Below are positions 39,428 to 51,591 of a DNA stretch of 64,000 nt, in pieces; within the stretch, counting starts at the first letter, position 1; each line of letters starts with the position of its first letter. Origin of the DNA: Octopus vulgaris (lineage: Eukaryota); assembly GCA_951406725.2 (NCBI GenBank), contig OX597824.1, forward strand, positions 20,894,001 to 20,958,000. The letters run 5' to 3'. Under the pieces are notes generated by a model. It saw nothing but the letters and a program-made list of their open reading frames with translations, was not told the origin of the DNA and ran no database searches. Position numbers and translations under genes: made by a program.

Positions 39428-39820
39428 ATTATTTACATTTGACGGATATCTGTCCTCATCTTGTTTGTTGTTAACACAACATTTCAGCTGATATACCCTC
39501 CAGCCTTCATCAGGTCTTAGGGAAATTTTGAACCTGGGGTCTCATTTCTAAGGTATTTTTTCTATGTTATTATTATTATTCAGATCACTGCCTGGAATCG
39601 AACTCAGAATCTTGGGGTTAGTAGCCTGCGCTCTTAACCACTATGCCATGGATATATGGTGACCTGAATAATAATAATAATATATAAAAATACCTTAGGA
39701 ATGAGAACCTAGGTTCAAAATTTCCCCAAGATACCTGATGAAGGCTGGAGGGTATATCAGCTGAAACGTTGTGTTAACAACAAACAAGATGAGGACAAAT
39801 ATCCGTCAAATGTAAATAAT
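39428..39820. mobile_element. Fold-back element: tRNA-derived head between ~160-bp inverted arms, each carrying a hammerhead motif
   Basis: Arms 39428-39588 and 39659-39820; A box at 39638-39648 and B box at 39594-39603 on the - strand. Confidence 0.75.
39730..39775 (+). ncRNA. Minimal type I hammerhead ribozyme motif (Penelope-type)
   Basis: GATAC-CTGATGA-A-GGCTG(gagggtatat)CAGCT-GAAACGTT-GTGTT: stem I GAUAC/GUGUU, stem II, palindromic stem III. Confidence 0.6.
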
Positions 39821-40118
39821 TCCCCATCTCTTAAATATAGGACTGAACTTTCTCATTAATACTCAGGGTGGGAGCAAGTGATATGTTGTAGCAAACTGCT
39901 GAGGTGAATTGTTCGTTATTTTGTGATGAATTCTTCTTAGCAATGGAAACTGTTTATTTTATTGTATTTTAGTTCAAATAACTTTCACAGTAATCTTATT
40001 AATGTTAGAGTCAAGCATCCTTTTTGTTGTTTTCCTTTTTCTGTAACTGAATCTGATGCTGACAAATAACTATTAACCCCCACTCTCCAAAAACAAAATC
40101 TTTTTAATATGAAAATAT

Positions 40119-40533
40119 TTTTTTTCTTTTCTAGGCACAAGGCCTGAAATTTTTGGGGAGGGGACCAGTTGATTAGATCATCCCCAGTATGCAACTGGTA
40201 CTTAATTTATCGACCCTGAAAGGATGAAAGGCAAAGTCGACCTTGGCGGAATTTGAACTCAGAACGTAAAGACAGACGAAATACCGCTAAGCATTTTGCC
40301 CGTCATGCTAACGTTTCTGCCAACTCACTGCCTTTTTAATATGAAAATATTAATCAAGGTGGCAAGATGGCAGAATCGTTTGCAGGTAAACGCCAGATAA
40401 AATGCTGAGTTGGAAATTTTTCTGAGGTTGACTTTGCCTTTCATCCTTTCTGGGCTGATAAAATAAGTACCAGTTACGTACTGGGGTCGATGTAATTTAC
40501 TTATTCCCTTTCCCAAAATTTATGGCTTTGTGC
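40119..40533. mobile_element. Head-to-head inverted pair of SINE family A variants
   Basis: Minus copy ~40130-40332 with 18-bp TSD TTTTTAATATGAAAATAT (40101, 40333); plus copy ~40356-40533. Confidence 0.75.
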
Positions 40534-41363
40534 CATGATTATTTGCAATGTGATTTAAAAAAAAAAAAAACTGTTTTCAATTGTGTTTTTGCACTAACTT
40601 TAAAATGATTCCATTCTGTTGTAATGTTTCACCACTAATCAAGGTAAAAAAAAAAAGTCAAATATTAGATGTTATTTATATGAAAAAAATAATAAATTAA
40701 AAAACAAAGGACATTTATTGTGGTTAATTAAAAACTGTGATATTTCTAATGAGTAAACAAAAAAAAAAACAAAACAAAACTCATTTCTGTTTTATTTCTG
40801 TTTATAACTAAACTGTGAGCAATCCATTGCTGTTGACCAGAATGACAGAATTTATTTAATTTGTATGATACCTGTTCTCCTCAAAAGGAAATTAGATTTG
40901 GGAAGGTTAAAAAAATGAATTTAATATGAAACGGACCCAGAGTTCTGAAAAACTAGAAAAATAGAGAATGTAATGTTATTAATGACTCCCTAAGGTAAAA
41001 ATGCTGTTTTAGTAAATATATATTGAAATGTAACAGGATGTGTACACCATTCTATGGGCAATGGTGCTTCATTTTTTACATCAATTATATAGCAAATTCA
41101 GTATCGGATATACTAATATTTGTCCTCCCCATTTTTAATAATGCTTGTCAAATCAAATAAAAGCAATGCAATTAAATTAATGGGCTCTAAGCTTTGGTAC
41201 TAAACTTGTCAGAGGTTTGAGAAATTTGAAATTTACACCTAGCATGTTAAATCAACACCATTTGGGCTTCAGGGCTGGTTTTTAAAAAATTTATTCCATT
41301 TCTAAATTGTATTGCTTTGTTTCCAAACTAAGTCTTATAATTGTTTTTCTTCTTTTCTTTTAG

Positions 41364-41425
41364 CAAGCAAACGAGTCACCAATGCCACAGTCCCAGAAGA
41401 TCCCCTTCCCAAAGTCGAACTATGA
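41364..41425 (+). CDS. CRELD: CRELD alternative last exon B: ASKRVTNATVPEDPLPKVEL*; 365-aa soluble ER-retained isoform
   Basis: Long polypyrimidine tract and tttag|, phase 1, in frame with exon 10; KDEL-like KVEL, then TGA TAG, AATAAA at 41431 and 41495. Confidence 0.82.
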
Positions 41426-43169
41426 TAGAGAATAAATCAACTTGGCTGGCAAAACAAAAACAAACAAAAAAAGAGAGAAAAAAATTAAATTTTCAATAAA
41501 TAATTTTTTATACTAAAATAAAACAAAGTAAAAAAAAAAATCAACAACTAAAACTCCTTTTCTGAAAGATTAAAACCAAAGAATGTTCCTAGCTTTTGAT
41601 CAACAACCACAATCTTATTTGTGGGACACATTTTGTTTTTTATACTTTGATCTTTGAAATCTTCAATTATTCAATCCCTAGTGAGTTATTCATGAAAGCC
41701 TCTGTTGGTCATCTGTCTTTCATCTCTATGCATAGGCCTGAGTAAAGGCCTGTTATTATTATGTTTGGAAGACTGGCATTTGCCCATATGTGCAAGTTTA
41801 TCCTCTCCAAGGCACTGATGTTGTCCAAGGGAAAGGCCACAGTTCAGGCCAGTGCCATTGCATCTGTTGCTGTTAAAATACAAAAGGGCAGAACAAATAA
41901 CTACAAGGCATCTTGTTTGTCACTCCAATATTTCCGCCAATCCACCACCTTTGATTGGTACTTTTTTGTCGACCCTGAAATGATAAGTTGGCTTTGACGG
42001 AGGTTTGAACTCAAACCACATACATTTGGGTGAAACAACTGCCATACGACATGTCTGTCAACGTCAACAACTTTCAGTTTGCCACCTTTCTGCTCATAGA
42101 ATTCGAAGATATTGGGTTCAAATTTTAACACAAGGCCTGCAAGTTCGGGAGAGGGGGGGGCTGGTCAATTACATCGACCCCCAGTACTCAACTGGGACTT
42201 ATTTTACCGACCCTGAGAAAGATATAAAGCAAAGTTGACCTCAGCTTAATTTGAACTCAGAACGTAATGACAACGCTGAGCATTATTGCGCTTCGTGCTA
42301 ACGATTCTGCCAGCTCGCCGCATAAGTATTAACATCCCAAGTAAATATCTGATAAGTATTCATCGGATTAAATGAGATTAACCTTTAAAAGATATCAACT
42401 CCAACCAAAACTGACAACGCTTTCACACCAAAAAGGGGAGATTACTCTTCATACACCAGAGAGCGCCATTTTTTTTCCTTGTGATTACGAAGTTAGCTTC
42501 ACAACCATCTATGTCCAGGTTCAATCCCACTGCATGGCACCCTGAGCAAATGTCTTTTATTACAGTCTCGGGTCATCATCATGTGTGTAAGTGAAATTGG
42601 TATATGGAACCCGAAAAGAAGCTTTTATATTCTTTCATTTTACGTCCGTCTTTTAGCATGATAACATGGATTAGGTTTATTTTACAGCCGGGCACCCTTT
42701 TGGTAACCCTTCCCTGTTTTTCGAATAAGGGATCTCTTTGAAGACCTAAAAGCAAACGGACGGTTTGTAGACAGAAGTCACAACAACATCGCTCGTTGTG
42801 AGTAACTTTCACAGGGGCGCAAATGTAAACAAACACTTTTTTTTTTTAAAGTTTTGTCGACCAAGTTCACTCACCAGCTTTGGTTGACCCAGGGCTGTAT
42901 GAGACACTTGCCCAAAGTGCCATGCAGCGGCACTGAATTCAAAACAACACCCACAATGAGTTCAAATTCAGCTGAGGTCAACATTGGCTTTCATCCGGTT
43001 GGTGTCGTTAAAATAAGTAGTATTCGACCGACTTGCCCCCTCCCTCAAAATCGCTAGCCTAATATCATAATCAGAACAAAAATATTACCCAATGAGGAGA
43101 GAGATGTTCTGGTTTGCATTTTCCTGTAAAACTTTCGATATAATGATAATAATGAAATTATTGTACACA

Positions 43170-43540
43170 GGCGCAGGAGTGGCTGTGTGGTAAGTAGCTT
43201 GCTAACCAACCACATGGTTCCGGGTTCAGTCCCACTGCGTGGCATCTTGGGCAAGTGTCTTCTGCTATAGCCCCGGGCCGACCAATGCCTTGTGAGTGGA
43301 TTTGGTAGACGGAAACTGAATGAAGCCTGTCATATATATATATGTGTGTCTGTGTTTGTTCCCCTAGCATTGCTTGATGCTGGTGTGTTTACGTCCCCGT
43401 CACCTACCGGTTCGGCAAAAAGAGACCGATAGAACAAATACTGGGCTTACAAAAAGAATAAATCCTGGGGTCGAGTTGCTCGACTAAAGGCGGTGCTCCA
43501 GCATGGCCGCAGTCAAAGGACTGAAACAAGAGTAATAGAG
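43170..43540 (+). mobile_element. SINE family B, nested in a LINE 3' tail
   Basis: Splits the motif AATGAARTTATTGTAYACAG|TGCTCAGGTGCACCACAACTTG, which is intact at ~32750-32792. Confidence 0.8.
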
Positions 43541-43873
43541 TGCTCAGGTGCACCACAACTTGATAAAAGTGCGTATAAAGCATATGTAGGGACCAGTTGA
43601 ATGAGAAAAAGATACTTTCCTTAGAAAACAGGTTAATGTTGTTGGCAAGAAGAGCATCTGATTATAGAAAATCTGTCTTGACAAGTTTCATCCAACTCAT
43701 GCCAGCATGGAAAAATGAATGTAAGACAGAACTAACGAATGGTAACCTGTTTATATTAACGACCTGTAGGGACAACGTACTTCTTTATGCAACAATAATA
43801 TATGAGCAGATATATCAGATGATTTTATAAATCAATACTGTGTTCTATATATATATATATATATATACATATA

Positions 43874-44439
43874 TTGGATTGTCTGGAAAGTGTGTGCCGA
43901 TTTTTAAAGGAAAGAAAAAGGTCAATAAATACTTGCCATTACATTTTTAATCAACCAACTACGAACCATTTTGTTGCACAATGCGTCTCCATCTTTCCTT
44001 TAACTTGAAAATACCCTTTTCCCAGAATTGAGGTGGTTTCATGGCAAAGAATTCATCAAGGTATCTTTTTACGTCATCTAAGGAATTGAAATTTTTACCA
44101 TAAAGACTATTCTGCAGAGACCTGAATAAGTGGAAATCCGAAGGAGCAATATCTGGTGAATATGGAGTGTGGGGTAACACATTCCAGCCGAGATGCAGCA
44201 ATTTTTGTCTGGTTCCCAAAGCATCAAGTGCTGAAAATGAACTTTCTTATCTTCCATTTTAAAGGGTTACAGAATTAACACTGGTTATAGGAACATAAAC
44301 CTTCTTCCACGAAAAGATAGCTTAAACTGTGCACTAAATGGAGGTGTAGTTAAATCCTATTTTATGGACTGAACCATGTTCTAAAATAAGTCGAAAGGTA
44401 AGCTACTATAAATCGGCATGAACTTTCCGGACACCCCAA
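43874..44439 (-). mobile_element. Internally deleted mariner transposon
   Basis: ~30-bp imperfect TIRs (TTGGATTGTCTGGAAAGTGTGTGCCGATTT / AAATCGGCATGAACTTTCCGGACACCCCAA), TA flanks, transposase C-terminus HTPYSPDIAPSDFHLFRSL (43959-44219). Confidence 0.92.
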
Positions 44440-44828
44440 TACATATACATATATATAAAGGCACAAATAAAGGTTACAAACCTTATTCAGGGATAGCAAA
44501 ATCCTATGAATGTACTGGTTATTTACCTATAGAAATATTTAATGTTACAGTTAATACTTAACTGCAAGGTAACTATATAAACCGTGCTTTATATACTTTT
44601 ATATATTTAATTTTGAGTATTAACTGTAATGTCAAATACTCTTTATATAATTATAATAAATATATATTTATTATTTCATCAACTTCAAAAGCATGAAGGT
44701 AAAGCTGACCTCAACAGGATTGGAACTAAGAACAAGGAGTTGGAACGAATGCAGTAAAGCATTTTACCCAATGCACTACCAATTCTACCAGCTCACTGCT
44801 TTAATCATAATAATAATCCTTTCTATTG

Positions 44829-45090
44829 GAAGAACAACACCTGAAATTTGTGGGGAAGGGACTAGTTGATTACATTGACCCCAGTGTTTCACTGGTACTT
44901 AATTTATTGCTCCTGAAAGGCAAAGTCAAGCTCGGCAGAACGTAGTGGCAGATGAAATACCTATTTCTTTACTACCCACAAGGGGCTAAACACAGAGGGG
45001 AGGACAGACAAACGGATTAAGTCAATTATATCGATCCCCAGTGCGTAGCTGGTACTTAATTTATCGACCCCGAAAGGATGAAAGGCAAAA
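44829..45090 (-). mobile_element. SINE family A partial dimer (variant-tail unit plus standard unit)
   Basis: Same AATACCTATTTC junction near 44956. Confidence 0.7.
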
Positions 45091-45373
45091 TTCATAAATA
45101 CAATCAACAGAGATAACAGTATGGTACGAGAGACAGAGTGTTGAGAATACTCCTCTGTTGACGACAGTCCATCACAGGGTTAACCCCTCCAGCTGCCTTG
45201 GGTAGTTGTTTTCAGCTCATTGGATTGAGGCGATGTGAAATGAAGTGTCTTGTGCAAGGGCAGAACAAAATCAAACTCTCAATATTATGACTGTTTAACA
45301 AAAAAGAGATGAAAACAACACAGCACAAAACAGAAAATCAGTCAGTCCAAATGGATTCAGATTTAGAAGCAAA

Positions 45374-45778
45374 CTAGCAGTATCGCCCGGCATTGCTCGG
45401 GTTTGTTTTCTTTTCGACCCTTAAGAATTGGAATTTTTGAAAAGTAAAAATTTTGCATTATGTAGCTTGTTATTCTCTTTAAGTGAACATTTTTCTGGTT
45501 GAAATACACCGAAAAATGGCAACACAGCAGTCAATAAATCGTAAAAAATAGGGATTTTCATTAAAAAAAAGCACCTTTTTGATGTAAATAATTTTAGTGT
45601 TAACATGGTCCGATTTGAATTTTTTCTTCTACGGAAGGAAGAGCAAGCCTTCTTCTATCATACTCTCAATTTTGGTCAACTTGCACCGCAGGGTCTCGGA
45701 GGAGATAGTGTTAGTTGAAGGCTACCAAACCTGCCATACACAGACCACTTCAGCTTTATATATATATAGAGAGAGAGA
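45374..45778 (-). mobile_element. Non-autonomous Helitron copy 3
   Basis: As for the 3214 copy. Confidence 0.8.
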
Positions 45779-46016
45779 TTGACATTAAACCGTGTGTGTG
45801 TGTGTGAGCATACACATGACAGAAGAAAAAAAAGTAACCAAAGAATGGTAGCAAATAACTATTAATGGAGATAACTGAATATTTAACTAATTGCAAAAGG
45901 AAGAGAGGGGTGGGGGTGTTGATTGTAAATGTAGTCCAGACAACTGGACAACTGACAAAAGGTGCCAATTCTTGGCTAATAATTTCAAATTAATGCAAAA
46001 GTTTGAGAAAGTTACA

Positions 46017-46797
46017 AATACCTATTTCTTTACTGCCTAGAAGGGGCTAAACATAGAGAGGACAGACAAATGGATTAAGTCGATTATATCGACCCCAGTG
46101 CGAAACTGGTACTTATTTAATTGATCCTGAAAGGATGAAAGGCAAAGTTGACCTCAGCGGAATTTAAACTCGGAACTTAGCGGCAGACGAAATACCTATT
46201 TCTTTACTGCCCAGAAGGGGCTAAACACAGAGGGAAAAAACAAGGACAGACAAATGGATTAAGTCGATTATATCGACCCCAGTGTGTAACTGGTACTTAT
46301 TTAATCGACCCCGAAAGGATGAAAGGCAAAGTCGACCTCAGCGGAATTTAAACTCGGAACTTAGCGGCAGACGAAATACCTATTTCTTTACTGCCCAGAA
46401 GGGGCTAAACACAGAGGGAAAAAACAAGGACAGACAAATGGATTAAGTCGATTATATCGACCCCAGTGTGTAACTGGTACTTATTTAATCGACCCCAAAA
46501 GGATGAAAGGCAAAGTCAACCTCAGCGGAATTTAAACTCGGAACTTAGTGGCAGACGAAATACCTATTTCTTTACTGCCCAGAAGGGGCTAAACACAGAG
46601 GGAAAAAACAAGGACAGACAAATGGATTAAGTCGATTATATCGACCCCAGTGTGTAACTGGTACTTATTTAATCGACCCCGAAAGGATGAAAGGCAAAGT
46701 CGACCTCGGCGGAATTTGAACTCAGAACGTAGTGGCAGACGAAATACCACTAAGCATTTCAACCGTCGTTCTAACGTTTCTGCCAGCTCGCCGCCTT
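46017..46797 (-). mobile_element. SINE family A concatemer, one head plus 4 body units
   Basis: Unit boundaries at 46017, 46191, 46375, 46559 (periods 174, 184, 184); head 46743-46797. Confidence 0.88.
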
Positions 46798-48494
46798 CTC
46801 AACGACATACCTACCCCAAAATTTGTCTCATTATCACCTTTGCTTTCACTTTTCTTAATTAAAAAAATTTTTTTTTTGAGGGAAATACAAGTTCATTTTC
46901 AAAAATTTATTACATAGTAATACAAAATATACTTACTACTACTCAATGTAAGATATATGTAATAGTAATTTTATTACACAAAACATAGAAATAATATTAA
47001 TAGCTAGTAACCATAAGGTTTGGATAACAAGTTTTTTCTTTCTGTTTGATAAGTTGATTGCATACACAATGAAAGAAAGGCTGGAGAAATGCATTACATG
47101 GTATAACAAATATTTAAATTGTTAGTTTTGCACAAAAGTTTTGATAGAAATATCAAATTAATTATTAGAACAATTGTCAAAAATAGCTACGTATACAACA
47201 CTTCCATCCTGGTAGGTTTTAATCCTAACTTTTCAAAGATCAACAAATTCATTGTTGTACATATAAAATTTCAGAATCTGTCCAAGAGAAATTTGGGATT
47301 TCCTTGATAAACAGACAAAGATGCATTCTCTGCAATTATTGCAGAAGGAACAATTTGTTCTTTGGATGAGTATTTTTTTTTTTTTTTTTTGTCATTTATT
47401 TCAACACATATAATATTGATTTCAAATTTTGGCACAAGGCCAGCAATTTTGGAGGAGGGGGTAAGCCCATTACATTGCCCTCACTCCCCCCCACCATCCA
47501 GTACACAACTGGTACTTATTTTATCAACCCTGAAAGGATGAAAGGCACAGCTGACCGTGGCAGAATTTGAACTCAGAACACGAAGATGGACAAATTACCA
47601 AGCATCTCGTCTGGAATGCTAACGATTCTGCCAGCTCGCCACATTGGTAAGAAATATTAAGAGTTATATGCACACAATAATATTGATTGGCTGGCAATAT
47701 CAGACATATTCACACACAGAGAATCAAACATTTCCCCCAATACAAAGCCACATAAAAATATCATTAAGTGTATGCTCAAACGCTAATTTTTTTTCATTTT
47801 TTTTTTAATACAAAATATATTTGGAAAATAGGGGTGCGTCTTGTATGCCAGCAGATACAGTAAATCAATATGTGCAACACGGAACACCATTTTAATCTTC
47901 AGAATCAGATCACCCTCTTCATTATACAAAAACTTAGTAGTCACAACCCAGGTTACTTAGATTTTTTTTTATATAATTCGTTTTATAAATTTAGATGCTA
48001 AGATCATCAATAAATCAATAATTATATATTACAACTTAATAATAATTGAATAATTCTGAAAGTATCACACCTACATTTCCCTTCAATTGTGTATTTCTGC
48101 TGTTACATTTATCATCAGCTGAATTTCTAAACGGTGCAAATAATTGCTAATTATAATATATCTATATATATCATCATCATCGTTTAATGTCCGCTTTCCA
48201 TGCTAGCATGGGTTGGACGAATGACTAAGGTTCACCAGCCCTCAGTCATTCGTCCAACCCTGCTAGCATGGAACGGACGTCAACTCATTATATTGATTGT
48301 ATTGTACATGTAATCTTAATGTCTTGTGTAGTGTTTAATAAAGTATATGATTCGGTATTATCTGATGTTGATGAATGATTTAGATATATTTCTCCATTTT
48401 CTCATTTGTATTATTTTTATGGTAAAATATTAGTGCACTAATACAGTAAATGATGATGTATATATATATATATATATAATATATATACAATTTG

Positions 48495-48523
<29 letters not shown>

Positions 48524-48526
<3 letters not shown>

Positions 48527-48820
48527 AAATTAAGAGGAATGACCACTTAAGTGGACACCCTATATGCTAAACATAGACATTAAATCGCCATTACCACGAA
48601 GAATGTGTTCTCAGCAAAACACCAAAATGTAAAAATGAGCAAAAATACAAAATAAAAACGTTTTTATTTCGTATGTTTTCATTTGTCTTACTCATTTTTA
48701 CATTTTGGTGTTTTGCAGAGATTTTTTCTTGAGAACACATTCTTCGTGGTAATGAAGATTTGATGTCTATGTTTAGCATATAAGGTGTTCACTTTAGTGG
48801 TCAGACCTCTTAATTTTGTA
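48524..48820. repeat. ~295-bp imperfect palindrome beside (TA)n
   Basis: ACAAAATTAAGAGG...ATTACCACGAAGAATGTGTTCTCA mirrored by TGAGAACACATTCTTCGTGGTAAT...CCTCTTAATTTTGT. Confidence 0.85.
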
Positions 48821-50302
48821 TGTAACACAGCTTTTAATCTTCAGATTTTTAAATATGCTAAGCCACTGGTTTTAATTGATTAACATCAATTTCTACCCTT
48901 ATTATTTAATTATATATGTCTATAAAATCAATTTCCATACTATTTTAAGAAAATCTATTACAATATTTTGTTTGATTTTATAAAAAGTAAATAAAGGCTG
49001 ATAGTAATAAAAGTGGATGATGGAGTGACTAAATTTGCAGTGAAGGGAAATCACGGAATAGCAAAATATACAAGGGAGATAACTATAACTCCATTCAATA
49101 CTGATGGGAGATTTTGGCTGAAAGAAAAATCTGGGCAGATTTCAGAGATTCTCTTATCGGCTCCGTAATAAAATGATATTAAAAAAAGGGGGAAAAAAAG
49201 TAAGTGGAGGTAATGCTTGAGATAGTAGTGTGTGTGTGTGTGTGTAAATTAAACTGATGAAATTAGCTTAAATTCTTTAAATTTCGTTTCAAATTCTTTA
49301 AAAACAAAAAAAAGCATTTACCAATGGAAGTAGAGTGTAATTTTAACAGATTGCTTAATTAATATCTACCTCTGAATAATTAGGTTGGATGTTGATTATT
49401 AAGGCTCCACTAAGTGAAGAGAACAATGAAGAGGAAGGAAAGATATGAAAAAATATAGCAATATTTCAAAGGAAAACAAAAACAAACAAAAAGCTTATAT
49501 AGCTTCAGATAATATTGGTTTCTTATTATGGCACAAGGCCAGCAATTTTGATAATGAAAAGCAAAGTTGACCTTGGCGGAATTTGAACTCGGAACATAAG
49601 GACAAATGAAATGCCTGTCAGCATATGGCTTGGCGTGTTAATAGTTCTGCCACTTTGCCATCGTCTTATAGCTTCAGATAATACGAAATAAAAATCAAAA
49701 TATGAACTTTTGTATTTTTGTGACAAAAATACCAGTCAATCTATCAACAACGAGGCTGTCTTTGGGAATTGAAAAATAGTGGTTCGCACTTTCTGTGTGC
49801 AAAAAGACAAAAAAAAAGGATTTTAATTAACATAATCAACTACAATTAATTAAAACGAAGTTAAAAAAAAAAAAAAAAAAAAAGACGTAGATTGATAAAA
49901 TACCATTTATTGCTCAGCTAACTTTTGTTAAATTTTTTTTTTTTTTTAAAGCCCATCCATTAAAATGTGTGTAGAGTTTTAGGATAACAGTGTGAAGGAG
50001 TTTTGCAGAATAATTAATTATATTGCAGTTCAAGGTTGTTTTTTTTCTTTCTTGTTTGTTTGTTTCCAACAATTACTCTTGTATCATTAATCTCAACCGT
50101 TGTAGAATAATCTGCTTTGCTAGGAGATATAGACTTCCAGTATTGCAATCTAACTTGTATTAATTTCTATGACAATTAATCTGTAAATTGTACCTTCATC
50201 ATCATCATCTGTATTAGCAAGACAGTTAAGCTACTTCCGTATATAATCTGTATTACTAACATAACAAAAATGAAAATGGAGAAATTTTTAACAACTTCAT
50301 TG

Positions 50303-50396
50303 CTATATATATATATATATATAGCAATATAGATATATCATACACGCATTCACATGTATGCATACATATATGCATAAATATATATACATGTATGTA

Positions 50397-50448
<52 letters not shown>

Positions 50449-50479
50449 CACACACACAAACATATATACACATACATGC

Positions 50480-50511
<32 letters not shown>

Positions 50512-50853
50512 GCATGCATATATACACACATGCACTCATATATATATATATGCAAACTTACATGTATACATACAAACATGCATACAGATATATGGAAACA
50601 TACATATATATATAGAAACACACACAAACATATACACATACATGCATATATATAAACACACACGCACTCATATATATATATATATGCAAACTTACATGTA
50701 TACAAACATGCATACACAGATATATGCAAACATACATATACACACTTATACACACATGCATATATACACACACACACATGCACTCATATATATATACATA
50801 TATATATGCAAACTTACATGTATACATACAAACATGCATACACAAATATGCAA

Positions 50854-50893
<40 letters not shown>

Positions 50894-50920
50894 TTACACA
50901 CACATGCATACACACATATA
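50303..50920. repeat. Compound (TA)/(CA)/(TG) low-complexity array with higher-order repeats
   Basis: Recurring TGCAAACTTACATGTATA...AACATGCATAC units among dinucleotide runs. Confidence 0.9.
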
Positions 50921-51474
50921 AAATTCTGTTTAATATTCCCCTACCCCCTTGGACATGTATACCATGTAGGAAATTTACTGTAGTTGGACTGTTTGAACTA
51001 AAAGTAGTGACCTTTCTGCCAATAATCTAAAGGGGAAACTATCAATAACTGATAGAAGGTGGAATCAATTCTAAATTGGTTTACAGTTCACGGTGATTAC
51101 ATCCTGAACTTTGATCAATGACGTACAAACCAATTTGGTTATCATTAAAAATAGACTCAGTGGGAATATTGGATATAAGGTCCAACACTGGACTAAAGTC
51201 ACAAGGAATCTGTCAATTCTTGACCGTGTTGATGTGTGTGTGTGTGTGTGTGTGGGTGTGTGTGTGAAACGTTAAGCTATAGATATGGTTGTTGCACAAT
51301 AGTTCTTCAGACAAGGGAAGCTATAATCGGTACCATGAGAAGGATTATACAGATATTCAATGTTAATGTGTAATTTTTTTTTTTTCCAGTTTTGATATTA
51401 TACTCCAGGTCAGGGCAAAAAAGGTCTTGTGTGATAATAAAAGGGCTATATTAGCGTATTATCTAAGTGTTTTT

Positions 51475-51591
<117 letters not shown>

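Noticed and set aside
39585-39650. Possible tRNA gene (also the SINE heads at 609, 21450, 31475, 43170)
   Set aside because: A and B boxes are present but there is no complete cloverleaf or acceptor stem, and each continues into a repeat body.
46017-46797. Regular array that might suggest CRISPR or a retrozyme
   Set aside because: Units are whole ~184-bp SINE bodies with no unique spacers, the context is eukaryotic, and I found no hammerhead core in the unit on either strand.
50256-51030. Long ORFs rich in Y/I/H/T/C/V
   Set aside because: Translations of dinucleotide microsatellites; the same applies at 6567, 7272, 11024-11691, 19591-19916 and 22014.
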